Source: Saprospiraceae bacterium
GTDB lineage: Bacteria; Bacteroidota; Bacteroidia; Chitinophagales; Saprospiraceae
Direction of reading: 5' to 3'
Length of the DNA: 64,000 nucleotides
NCBI GenBank assembly: GCA_021739645.1
Contig: JAIPBL010000005.1
Span: 71,378 to 135,377 of the forward strand
The notes under the pieces are model-generated. The model searched no databases. It worked only from the letters and a program-made list of their open reading frames with translations, and was not told the origin of the DNA. This document shows positions 52,979 to 61,749 of this stretch, in pieces (the stretch's first letter is position 1; each line of letters starts with the position of its first letter). A program made the translations under genes and the position numbers.

Positions 52979-53776
52979 CTATTCACATTCCCAATCCAAC
53001 AAGATTGGATGCTCGTCCCATTCATGGTGAATGGACGTGGGAAGCCCCTCATTATTGATTTCATAGTTGGTTTTGCATGGGTTGCAAATCAAATCAAATC
53101 AAGTAGGCCAGTATAGTCTTTTGCCATTGTTGACTTGCCCATGTTTTTGGTGAGGTACTCAGGATATTCTGGGAAAAGACCAAGAACAAACTGATAATTC
53201 AAAGCATTGCTGTACTCATAAAACCATTCGTGTTCAAGTTGCCCAAACTCGCCATCATAATCTTCCTTTTTCTTGATGTTCCCGTTTTCCCAAATGTATT
53301 TATGAGAAGACCAATACTCATTGTTGGAGGGGTAAAATGTCTTGCTTTTTTTCAGGAAGTCCATCCGAATTATATTCGTAGGAATAGACAAGGTGTATCG
53401 AAAAATTGTCGCTTGGCGAAAGTACCCGACGCTCTGATATTTGACCAGCATTGTTGTAAATTAAACTATCAAAACTGGCCATTTTTGGGGTTTCGTTGGG
53501 ATATTCTGTCCAGAGTTCACGGGAAACAAGCCTATCGCCATCATAATTTAGAATATACCGGAGCCTATCAACGCCGTTCCATTTTTCTATTTGTTTTGTC
53601 AAACGACCCGAAGCGTTATACTCGTAAGTATAAGACCCGAAATCACCTTGTTGGCTTGATACCAAGAGCTTGCAGTTTGGCAAGTCAACAGGAAAATTTA
53701 TCGGCGGATTGTGTTCTTTCTTGCAGCCTATGCATGAAAGCATCAAGGTTGTGATGGCGAAAATTATTTTTTTCAT
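52979..53776 (-). pseudogene. lipoprotein gene (YD-repeat-like) interrupted at an A7 run and at an (AAATC)3 repeat
   Basis: Lipoprotein start MKKIIFAITTLMLSCIGC (ATG at 53776). The frame changes at A7 (53346-53352): ...YEYNSDGLPEK| then |SKTFYPSNNEYWSSHKYIWENG.... A stop is created inside (GATTT)3 (53086-53100). Removing one 5-nt unit reads through to ...LLDLICNPCKTNYEINNEGLPTSIHHEWDEHPILLDWECE*, ending at 52979. Confidence 0.5.
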
Positions 53777-53956
53777 GAGAATCAGGTGTTGGGTCAGAAT
53801 TAACGATTTACCCCGAAGACAGGGCCGTGCGTTTGAAAAGTTGGGGCAAACCATTGGAGAGTTGTCGCTTCAATCCGTTTTTTTAAGTGGTGGTGGGTTG
53901 AAGGTGGGCGAGTATGAAAAACGGGTTACCGGGGCTTGGCTTCGACAACCCATTTT

Positions 53957-54526
53957 TTACAATGATAACTTGACCTTTTGATAAAGCTCGCCGAGGGTAA
54001 AGGACACTCCGAGGGCGGGCAGTTCGATTACATCTTCGGGGCCGGAGAAGATGGTAAATCTCCATTCTTTTTCGTTGCCTTGCCTGGAATATAACTCGGC
54101 GGCTACTTGGGTTTGTTCGAGTATCAAATAGTGCTGAAGCGTCGGCATAGAGCAGTATTCCCTTATTTTCGGGCCACGGTCAATACCTGCCGTGCTGGAT
54201 GAAATCACTTCAACTATCATAACGGGCTGCGTAATGGCATGGGTATCTTCATCGTCGGATTCTGGAGCCACCGCCAAATCGGGGTAGCGGTAAATGCCAT
54301 CTTGCTTCACTATCAACCTGACATCGTGAGTGAACAATTCGAGCTTGCGTTTTTCAAGCGGTTCGGCCAGTAACTTCAAGCAGTTGTTGGTGATTTTGTT
54401 TGCGTTCTTGCTTTCCCCAGCCATTGGTATGAGTTTTCCATAATAGAATTCGTGGCGTATTTCGGAGATCTTCTCCAACTCGAAGTACGCTTCAACGGTG
54501 TATTTGCTTTCAGCTACATCAAACAT
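53957..54526 (-). CDS. Uma2 family endonuclease (second copy)
   Basis: YFELEKISEIRHEFYYGKLIPM...YPDLAVAP...PVMIVEVISSST...D...K..EY.....LQHYLILEQ. The ATG at 54526 is preferred to the TTG at 54532. Confidence 0.8.
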   Translation of the reverse strand: MFDVAESKYTVEAYFELEKISEIRHEFYYGKLIPMAGESKNANKITNNCLKLLAEPLEKRKLELFTHDVRLIVKQDGIYRYPDLAVAPESDDEDTHAITQPVMIVEVISSSTAGIDRGPKIREYCSMPTLQHYLILEQTQVAAELYSRQGNEKEWRFTIFSGPEDVIELPALGVSFTLGELYQKVKLSL

Positions 54527-54714
54527 GGGCAATGATTTTGAGCAAAATTAGGGAAATTTTTCCACCGATGTTCGGTGGTGTTGTCTGTAGGTCATAAGCT
54601 ACAATTTTTCCCCTATTTTTGCCCACCCCAAATCAAAATCATATTTCCTTCGTAAAAAAACGCTCCCAATCACCATTTGTCATTCCCAACGGGAAACTAA
54701 ACCAGTCATTTTCC

Positions 54715-56214
54715 ATGAAATACCTGCTACTCGCCACCACCTTCACCCTGCTGCTGCTCACCGCCTGCCACAAGGAGGACAAATTCACCACATCCAGCAG
54801 CGACAAGCTGGAGTTTTCGGTGGACACGCTGCGGTTCGACACGGTGTTCACGGAGCTGGGGTCCGACACCCGCTTCATCCGGGTGTACAACCCCCACAGC
54901 GAGAGCATCCGCATTTCAAAGATACAACTCGCTGGCAATCAGCAATCTAAGTTCAACCTGAACGTGGACGGCATTCCCGGCGAACAGCACGAGGACGTGG
55001 TCATTTACCCAAAAGACTCGATATACGTTTTCGTGGAGGTGAAAATAGACCCCAATGACCCACTGTCTTCCAGCCCGTTTTTCGTGTACGATTCCATCCG
55101 TTTTGAAACCAACGGCAACGTGCAGCACGTAACCCTCGAAGCCTGGGGGCAAAACGCCAATTACATCCCCAATCGCTGGTCTCGTGACAGTATCACGCTG
55201 TATTCTTGTGGCGGCGGCGAGGTAATTTGGGACGACCCAAAACCTTATGTCCTCTACGGCATCGTGGCCTTCGACAATTGCACACTCACCATCCCCGCAG
55301 GGGCCAGAATCCATGTGCATGGCGGACTTTCGAGAACAGAGGACCAGGACGGGAAGCAGATAATTTACAATTCAGGCAGGCTTTTTTTCTTGCAAAATGG
55401 GCGGCTGAACGTGCAGGGCACTGCCGAAAACCCCGTCATCATTGAAGGCGACCGGCTGGAAGAGGATTTCGCCGATGCCGATGGCCAGTGGACGGGTATC
55501 ATTTTCGGCGCTGGCAGCAATGGCCATGTCATCGAAAATGCCATCATCAAAAACTCGCTGTTCGGCATCTACGTGGACTCCACGGCAGCACTTTCGATAA
55601 AAAACGTGCAGGTCATCAACACCTCCGGTGTCGGTCTTTTTGCCTACCACGCCCAAGTGCAAGCGGAGAACTGCCTGTTTTACAACAACGGCACCCACGC
55701 CGTGCAACTGGCCTACGGCGGCAACTACAAGTTCACCTACTGCACCTTCGCCAACTACGGCACAGACGCCTCCGCCCTGAACATGGGCAACGGTGTTTGC
55801 ACGGACGAATTTTGCACCATGGCATTCGTCAATCCGCTCGACGTAGCCTTCACCAACTGCATCATCTACGGCTCCAAACGGGACGAAATTACCCTCACCG
55901 ATTTTACCGGAAACAAGGGCACCGACCCGCTATCCATGCGCTACTCCCTCGACCATTGCATCGTGCGGGTGAATGACCTGCTGGACGTCAACACCGGCTT
56001 CCCCGACTTCTTCGACCACTGCAATGCCTGCTTGACACCAACAACACAGGAACCGCTTTTTGTGAGCATCAACGAGGATGACTACCACCTCGACACCTTG
56101 TCGGTAGCGGAGGCAATGGCGACACCAGTGCCCGGCATTTTGCTGGACCTCATCGGCACGGAACGCGACCCGATGACGCCGGATATTGGGTGTTTTGAGT
56201 ACATTTACGAATAA
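54715..56214 (+). CDS. lipoprotein with probable right-handed parallel beta-helix region
   Basis: Lipobox LLLLTAC (ATG at 54715). Repeated segments (IENAIIKNSLFGIYVDS, VQVINTSGVGLFAY, AENCLFYNNGTHAVQLAY, TYCTFANYG, FTNCIIYGS, LDHCIVRV) are typical of beta-helix rungs. Confidence 0.55.
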   Translation: MKYLLLATTFTLLLLTACHKEDKFTTSSSDKLEFSVDTLRFDTVFTELGSDTRFIRVYNPHSESIRISKIQLAGNQQSKFNLNVDGIPGEQHEDVVIYPKDSIYVFVEVKIDPNDPLSSSPFFVYDSIRFETNGNVQHVTLEAWGQNANYIPNRWSRDSITLYSCGGGEVIWDDPKPYVLYGIVAFDNCTLTIPAGARIHVHGGLSRTEDQDGKQIIYNSGRLFFLQNGRLNVQGTAENPVIIEGDRLEEDFADADGQWTGIIFGAGSNGHVIENAIIKNSLFGIYVDSTAALSIKNVQVINTSGVGLFAYHAQVQAENCLFYNNGTHAVQLAYGGNYKFTYCTFANYGTDASALNMGNGVCTDEFCTMAFVNPLDVAFTNCIIYGSKRDEITLTDFTGNKGTDPLSMRYSLDHCIVRVNDLLDVNTGFPDFFDHCNACLTPTTQEPLFVSINEDDYHLDTLSVAEAMATPVPGILLDLIGTERDPMTPDIGCFEYIYE

Positions 56215-56238
56215 AAATTTCACCAAAGCACAATTACC

Positions 56239-57738
56239 ATGCTGACGAAAGCCCTTTTGCAACAACCCAGGTTGGCCGCTGCCGCAATGTTCGTGGCACT
56301 ATTTACCCTGCCAATCACAGCCCAAACCACGGATGTTGTTTGGTCTGAACCGATACCCGTCGCCACCTCTACTTTCGGGTCTTCTAGCCCAAAAATCGGC
56401 CAATTGGCCAGTGGCGAAATCGTGGCGGTTTGGGGCAAATCCGGCAGCAGTCCAAAAATCTATTTTTCTCGATTGGTCAATGATAGTTTTGAAGTACCAT
56501 TACAACTCAGCACTGGCGGCATCACCCCCGATATTTACGGCTTCGGCGGCTTGGGAATGGCCGTTTCCGGCAACAAGATTTTCGTTGTTTTTGAAAACTT
56601 TGATTCGGGCGTTCACGTGCTCCGGTCAGAGGATGGCGGTCAAACCTTCCTGCCGCCTGTCTCCGTTTTCGACCCGCCTGCTGGCGACTGGACGACACTG
56701 GCCTCCGTGGCCGCCGATGGGCAGGGCAACCCCATCGTGAGCGTCATTCGAGAGTTGGCAACGGAGACCGAGGCCCGATACATCGTCGTGCGCTCGACGG
56801 ATGGAGGAGCGAGTTTCCTCCCGCCAGTGATAGGCAGCGAACCCGCCGACGGCGAGTACGTCTGCGAGTGCTGCCCCTCCGAAATGGTAGTGGCTGGCGA
56901 CAGCGTTTGGTTGGTATTTAGGAACAACAACGACAACCTCCGGGACATTTGGGTGAGCCGCAGCACCGACGCTGCCGCCAGTTTCGATATGGCCACGGAC
57001 GTGGATGACACCGATTGGATGGTGAACGCCTGTCCCATCAGTGGCCCACGTTTAAAAAAAATCGGCAACGACAGCCTGCTCGCCGTCTGGATGAGCGGCG
57101 CAACTGGCCAAGGTCGAATTTATGGCGCCACGCTGCATGGTGGCACGATGGAGAAGGGCTGGCAGTTTGGCTTCACACCGACCAATGCAAGTGGATTGCA
57201 GAGCTTCCCCAGTATTGCCGGAAACGGCGATACGCTGTGTGTGGTTTGGGAGGAATCGGGCTTTGGTGCCAATGCCGGGGAGATGCTTTTCAGCTTTTCC
57301 ATCACCGGGGCTGCGGGCCTAGCCGCTTATCCACCTGGCTTTGTGGAACAGGCTCCGGGCAACCAGAAATACCCCGACATCTTTTTCGACGACGGCATTT
57401 TTCACCTGATTTATCAAACCGGCGGCGCATTGGCGTATCGTCGTGGCGTGATGGCTATCATAAACTCCAGTGTTGAAAAAACACCACAACTCCCAGATTT
57501 TGAGCTACTATCCAACCCAACTACGGGGTTTGTTTTGGTAAAAATGAACGAGCCAGGTCAAGCAAACCTCGCCCTGTTCAGCAGCACGGGGCAGGTTGTG
57601 GCACAGTGGCCATTGGGCGCAGTTTCGGCTGGCGCAATATTGAAGTTGCCACTTTCGACGGGCATTCCGGCTGGCCTTTATTTTTTGAAAATGGAAAAAG
57701 GCGGATTGGTTTGGACGGAGAAACTGGTGGTGCATTGA
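56239..57738 (+). CDS. BNR/Asp-box (sialidase-fold-like) protein with T9SS type A C-terminal sorting domain
   Basis: Signal peptide. Asp-box motifs SEDGGQTF and STDGGASF. The C-terminus LLSNPTTGFVLVKM....LALFSSTGQVV......LP.....GLYFLKMEKGGLVWTEKLVVH. Confidence 0.7.
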   Translation: MLTKALLQQPRLAAAAMFVALFTLPITAQTTDVVWSEPIPVATSTFGSSSPKIGQLASGEIVAVWGKSGSSPKIYFSRLVNDSFEVPLQLSTGGITPDIYGFGGLGMAVSGNKIFVVFENFDSGVHVLRSEDGGQTFLPPVSVFDPPAGDWTTLASVAADGQGNPIVSVIRELATETEARYIVVRSTDGGASFLPPVIGSEPADGEYVCECCPSEMVVAGDSVWLVFRNNNDNLRDIWVSRSTDAAASFDMATDVDDTDWMVNACPISGPRLKKIGNDSLLAVWMSGATGQGRIYGATLHGGTMEKGWQFGFTPTNASGLQSFPSIAGNGDTLCVVWEESGFGANAGEMLFSFSITGAAGLAAYPPGFVEQAPGNQKYPDIFFDDGIFHLIYQTGGALAYRRGVMAIINSSVEKTPQLPDFELLSNPTTGFVLVKMNEPGQANLALFSSTGQVVAQWPLGAVSAGAILKLPLSTGIPAGLYFLKMEKGGLVWTEKLVVH

Positions 57739-57755
57739 CGGCATTTGTGAAATTG

Positions 57756-57789
57756 CCAGTCACCGACTGCGAACTGCCAACTCACTGCC
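57756..57789. repeat. (ACTGCC)-type short-period repeat at a convergent gene junction
   Basis: CCAGTCACCGACTGCGAACTGCCAACTCACTGCC lies between the stop at 57738 and the convergent stop at 57782-57784. It uses the same word family as the E1 linker repeat at 39405-39441. Confidence 0.6.
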
Positions 57790-58369
57790 CCACCGCCCGC
57801 ATGAAGGACATGCCCGGCCCAATGGAAATCAACTCTGGAAACCCCGGCAGCATGTCGAGCTGAAAAAAGCGGTTGGGCTCCAGTCGGTAGCGCCACGATA
57901 CCATGCCGCCGTGCCAGACAAACTTGGTCATCCAGCGTTGGTTGTCGCTGATGTCAAAAAGACCATCGTTGACGTAACCGGGCAACAGTGCCCAATTTTG
58001 ACGATAAAAAAACATGGGCCCAAAGCTCACGTCCACGCTGTTGGGCGAGTCCCAGAGGTCATTTTTTTTGCCGAAAACCCCGACATGCGACATGCCAAGA
58101 AACCGTCCGGAGCAGTCCCGTGCCACCAGTGCCTGCGATGCCTGAAAACCCCAGTGCCCGTTGATGTGGTAGCGAGCAGTTAGCAGCACACCACCATTCA
58201 CCACTACCCTGCCATTGTGTGTGATTTTTCCCTTAAACAGCCCACGATTCTTGCTTTTTTTCAGATGGACGGACAGCCCGATGATTTGGAACCCAAAGGA
58301 AAACTGTTGAGCGAGTGAAGGCACAGTCACTGCCAGGGCAAAGAACAGGAGGAAGGTGGTCGTTTTCAT
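57782..58369 (-). CDS. putative outer-membrane beta-barrel protein (possibly acyloxyacyl hydrolase/PagL-like)
   Basis: Signal MKTTTFLLFFALAVTVPSLAQ (ATG at 58369). Alternating hydrophobic beta-strand pattern, about 195 aa. Family assignment is uncertain. Confidence 0.45.
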   Translation of the reverse strand: MKTTTFLLFFALAVTVPSLAQQFSFGFQIIGLSVHLKKSKNRGLFKGKITHNGRVVVNGGVLLTARYHINGHWGFQASQALVARDCSGRFLGMSHVGVFGKKNDLWDSPNSVDVSFGPMFFYRQNWALLPGYVNDGLFDISDNQRWMTKFVWHGGMVSWRYRLEPNRFFQLDMLPGFPELISIGPGMSFMRAVGQ

Positions 58370-58617
58370 AAGCACTAGCTTTTCAAGCTTATATTTAATA
58401 GTGCGGAGCCGATTTTTACTTGCTAAAAATACACCAAGCTGGCGGCAACACAACATTGTTGGCCATTTTTGACTTTTCTTTAAGATACTTCAAGCAGTGA
58501 AAAACCCTTACCGGGAGTGACTTTTTATGCAGATTCGTCTAATACAAGCACGGTTTTTGACCTTATCGAAATCCATTTGGTTTTCACCATTTTACTTTAA
58601 AACACAATTTATTTTTA

Positions 58618-59289
58618 ATGAAAAAGCAAGCTGTTTTTATTCTTTCGTTGGTCGCAATGCTGTTTGCCGCCTGCCAAAACGAACCGGCTCCAACCGCCAA
58701 GGCCACTACGCCTGAACCTGCCCAAATCACCAACGAAGCGGTTAGTGGGTTATATGCCATCAACACCGAAAACAGCGTCATCGAATGGGTAGGCACTAAG
58801 CCAACGGGGTCGCAGCACAACGGCACCATCAAGCTCCAAAGCGGCGAACTCAATCTATTTCAAGGTAATATCAATGGAGGCAAAATGGTGCTCGACATGG
58901 GCTCCATTGCTGTGACCGACCTTGCTGGCGATAAAAAAGCCGACCTCGAAAGCCATTTGAAAGATGGGGATTTTTTTGATGTGGGCAAGTTCTCGACAGG
59001 CAGTTTTGAGTTCGGCAGCACCCAACCACTCGCCAACGACCCATCTGGTGCCAAGCATGTTGCCACTGGTAGCCTCACGCTCAAAGGTATTGCGAAGCCC
59101 ATCCGTATTCCGTTCAACTTTAGTTTCGAAGGGGGCAAAATCACGGTGGAGACGCCTGAGTTTTCCATCAATCGCCTGGAGTGGGACATCAAGTACAAAT
59201 CAGGGTTCATCGGAACGGTAAAGGAGAAGATGATTGACGATTTTGTGAAGCTAAAAATCAAGCTGGTGGCTGAGGCGCCAGTTCAATAA
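58618..59289 (+). CDS. YceI family lipid/polyisoprenoid-binding lipoprotein
   Basis: Lipobox LFAAC. YAINTENSVIEWVGTKP.GSQHNGTIKL.SGEL, LESHLKDGDFFDVGKFSTGSF, TGSLTLKGIAKPI. Confidence 0.8.
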   Translation: MKKQAVFILSLVAMLFAACQNEPAPTAKATTPEPAQITNEAVSGLYAINTENSVIEWVGTKPTGSQHNGTIKLQSGELNLFQGNINGGKMVLDMGSIAVTDLAGDKKADLESHLKDGDFFDVGKFSTGSFEFGSTQPLANDPSGAKHVATGSLTLKGIAKPIRIPFNFSFEGGKITVETPEFSINRLEWDIKYKSGFIGTVKEKMIDDFVKLKIKLVAEAPVQ

Positions 59290-59326
59290 ATTTTGTTTCG
59301 ACAGTCTTTTCTTCTTACCAAGTATC

Positions 59327-59361
59327 AAAAAATGGAGCAGCATCCCGCCGCTCCATTTTTT
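59327..59361 (+). terminator. rho-independent terminator after the yceI-like gene
   Basis: AAAAAATGGAGC-AGCATCCCGCC-GCTCCATTTTTT. The 12-bp stem includes A/T tracts on both sides, so it could act bidirectionally. Confidence 0.75.
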
Positions 59362-59503
59362 ATTTCAGGAACATGAATCCCGCCTTTGCGAAGCACCTGC
59401 ACAGACTTTTCTTCGCCATAAAAATCATTTGGCAAACATTAGCCGATTTAATAAAAAAACTCACCATTCCACCTAAGGTGGCAAACAAATCCAACTAACA
59501 ATC

Positions 59504-59647
59504 ATGAAGGAAAAATCCAAGCCCTACAGCGCTTCCGAGAACACCAGAGTCAAGGAATTCACCGTGGAGGCAATTAATACTCCGCCCGTGGATACTTGGG
59601 TGAAAAACTATAAAGCGCTTAAATCGCTGTTTTCGAAGGCGAAATAA
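59504..59647 (+). CDS. possible small protein (47 aa)
   Basis: ATG at 59504, MKEKSKPYSASENTRVKEFTVEAINTPPVDTWVKNYKALKSLFSKAK*. The 34-bp-stem hairpin follows immediately. No family recognised, and coding status is uncertain. Confidence 0.25.
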   Translation: MKEKSKPYSASENTRVKEFTVEAINTPPVDTWVKNYKALKSLFSKAK

Positions 59648-59657
59648 ATATGAATTG

Positions 59658-59744
59658 ATAGCACACGGATAGAAACGGACGTTGCTGATTTTTACGGATT
59701 CAATCAGCATAAATCAGCAACGCCCGTTTCTATCCGTGTGCTAT
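59658..59744. repeat. 34-bp-arm inverted repeat (1 mismatch)
   Basis: ATAGCACACGGATAGAAACGGACGTTGCTGATTT (59658-59691) pairs with AAATCAGCAACGCCCGTTTCTATCCGTGTGCTAT (59711-59744). The loop is TTACGGATTCAATCAGCAT. Confidence 0.9.
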
Positions 59745-60053
59745 TATGTGTTTATGGTAACTAAAGTAAATTATCACGATAAGTTCAAGTCTGCGCAGCT
59801 TCGGGGTTACCTCCTAAAATTTCCCATCGTTATATTGCCTACGGCGTAGATGATGCTGACGATGGCGATTTCGAAATAGCGGGAAGGGGTGGGGACATGG
59901 CGGTGATTTTTTTGATTTTAGTTCCGGCAAGTGGCGCTTCGCTCCACGCTTGCTGGAACTTGTGCTCTGTTTAAAGATACTGTGCGGCTGTTTCATTCGC
60001 TGGGTGGAAGACTTTGGGCAACTGGTAAGTTGCACAATCCAAAGCATAAGCTT

Positions 60054-60362
60054 TTAGAGCATCCTCCCACTGTGCCGATTTAAAAAATCAGTCAATATTG
60101 ATTTTAGCAATTTGACTTCATTTTCCAAATCGTTAATCCTCTTTTGAACATCAGGGCCACTAGCTACTCCTAATTGAAAAATTTCTTGAACAGATGCATT
60201 CATCGCTTCAGCGATTTTTTCTAATCTGCCACATGTGATTTGTGTATCTCCCCGTTCTAATTTGCTGTAGCCGTTTTGAGATATATCAAGGCAGCGAGCC
60301 AGATATTCTTGGGAATATCCTTTTTCTATTCGAATTTTTCGAATTTTCTCGTTAATGTTCAT
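60054..60362 (-). CDS. XRE family helix-turn-helix transcriptional regulator
   Basis: IRKIRIEKGYSQEYLARCLDISQNGYSKLERGDTQITCGRLEKIAEAMNASVQEIF, followed by a coiled-coil-like tail. Confidence 0.85.
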   Translation of the reverse strand: MNINEKIRKIRIEKGYSQEYLARCLDISQNGYSKLERGDTQITCGRLEKIAEAMNASVQEIFQLGVASGPDVQKRINDLENEVKLLKSILTDFLNRHSGRML

Positions 60363-60518
60363 TTTGGTTTGATTAAAGGTTTTAAAGTAATATTTGGGAG
60401 TTTTAAATTATAGCCTCTAAAATAGCAATAATAAGTCAATTGGGGGTAATTTTGTACTGTAACTAAAGAGCCAAAACGGGCTTAGTGTTTGTCTTAATAC
60501 TCATAAACTTAGCGTATC

Positions 60519-60788
60519 ATGAAAAAATTAATTTGTTCAGTTGCCATTGTTAGTTTGACACTTCCAATCTGGGCCATCGTTCATTGTGAGTTTGCGGGGG
60601 CAGGAGAAGTAGCATCGGTTTCTGTAAACTTTGAGGATCCAGACGGTGATTGTATTTCTGACAATTATGAAGTTTTCCATTACATGAATAATGGAAGTGT
60701 TAATTACACCCCCTGGCCTGAACCTGGGCAGTCGGGTGTATGGGGGAATCTGGATTTCAATACGTGGGATTGCTGTAAACCGACCTGA
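60519..60788 (+). CDS. small secreted Cys-containing protein, unknown function
   Basis: Signal MKKLICSVAIVSLTLPIWAIV. The mature part of about 65 aa has Cys residues including a terminal CC (WDCCKPT). Divergent from the XRE gene. Confidence 0.45.
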   Translation: MKKLICSVAIVSLTLPIWAIVHCEFAGAGEVASVSVNFEDPDGDCISDNYEVFHYMNNGSVNYTPWPEPGQSGVWGNLDFNTWDCCKPT

Positions 60789-60981
60789 ATTTAATATACC
60801 CTTTTGTCATTCTCAAAGAGAATCTGCAATGATTTGAGAGAAGTCAAACAGGAATCCTAATGTCCTTACAGGCTGCCTGTGGTAATGGCAAACAAGAAGG
60901 AGGGAATTTTAGAAAACTTATATTAACGTGTATTCAACACAAATCACTGCCTTGCTCAAATCACTATTAAAATTTCTGATA

Positions 60982-61674
60982 ATGAAAAAGACAATTTGCA
61001 TTCTAGGCTTTGCTGTCTTCTCGTTTAGCTGCACACAGGAAACTGTTAAGTCGGCATATCATGGTGAAACCGATACCGCCACTATGTCTGAATTTAATCA
61101 GCATGTGGGGCAATCACCTAAAGGTTTTTCTGAAAGTTACAGAGCATCATATACTTCCTTTAAACAGACTGACCCTCTCTTTTACGATGGTCAGAAGCTT
61201 TTTAAAGAATTTGACCAGAAGAGTTGGATTGACTTAAGCAGTTCATTGCGTGATAAACTATCACTGATGTCCTCGGCCAATCTGTCTATGGAAATCCAGT
61301 TGCTTTCGCTGATGATGATAGACCGACGACTACTAAGAGTAAACAACTTTTCAACCCAAAACCAAGAGAAGCTCTTTTATGATGAGTTGCGGTTCTATTT
61401 ACAACTGTTAGTTGAAAATGAAGCCAATGACCTTGATGTGTTGACCAAGTCTCTTGTTAGGCTGAATGGCCATACCGATTCTAATTTCTTTGCCCTGGCA
61501 AGGACTTATATTCTACAAGTTGCTGAAAAAGACAAGACGGAAGCAACTGGAAAATTAAAGAACCTCGAAGATTCTATTGACCCAATGAATTTCGACCTAG
61601 TTTCAAAAAGACATTACGAACAAGTGTTGTGGGAAGCAGAATATGCCATATCCAATTTGGCTGGTAGTCACTGA
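60982..61674 (+). CDS. hypothetical lipoprotein (helical)
   Basis: Lipobox FAVFSFSC (ATG at 60982). No family recognised. GC looks low by eye. Confidence 0.55.
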   Translation: MKKTICILGFAVFSFSCTQETVKSAYHGETDTATMSEFNQHVGQSPKGFSESYRASYTSFKQTDPLFYDGQKLFKEFDQKSWIDLSSSLRDKLSLMSSANLSMEIQLLSLMMIDRRLLRVNNFSTQNQEKLFYDELRFYLQLLVENEANDLDVLTKSLVRLNGHTDSNFFALARTYILQVAEKDKTEATGKLKNLEDSIDPMNFDLVSKRHYEQVLWEAEYAISNLAGSH

Positions 61675-61749
61675 TAATTAAATTTGGGCAGGAGAAATTG
61701 GGTAGAAATATTGATCATAAATATTCTTCCCAATTTTTTTTCATCCAAC

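Noticed and set aside
6572-57789. Could the short tandem repeats be a CRISPR array?
   Set aside because: The units are only 7-8 nt and directly adjacent, with no spacers. At most about 4 copies are present. There are no cas genes in the window.
59814-60047. Track ORF 59814-60047(-), 77 aa, and ORF 59495-59710(-)
   Set aside because: The translations are basic, low-complexity sequences. The second runs through the 34-bp inverted repeat. No motifs are present.
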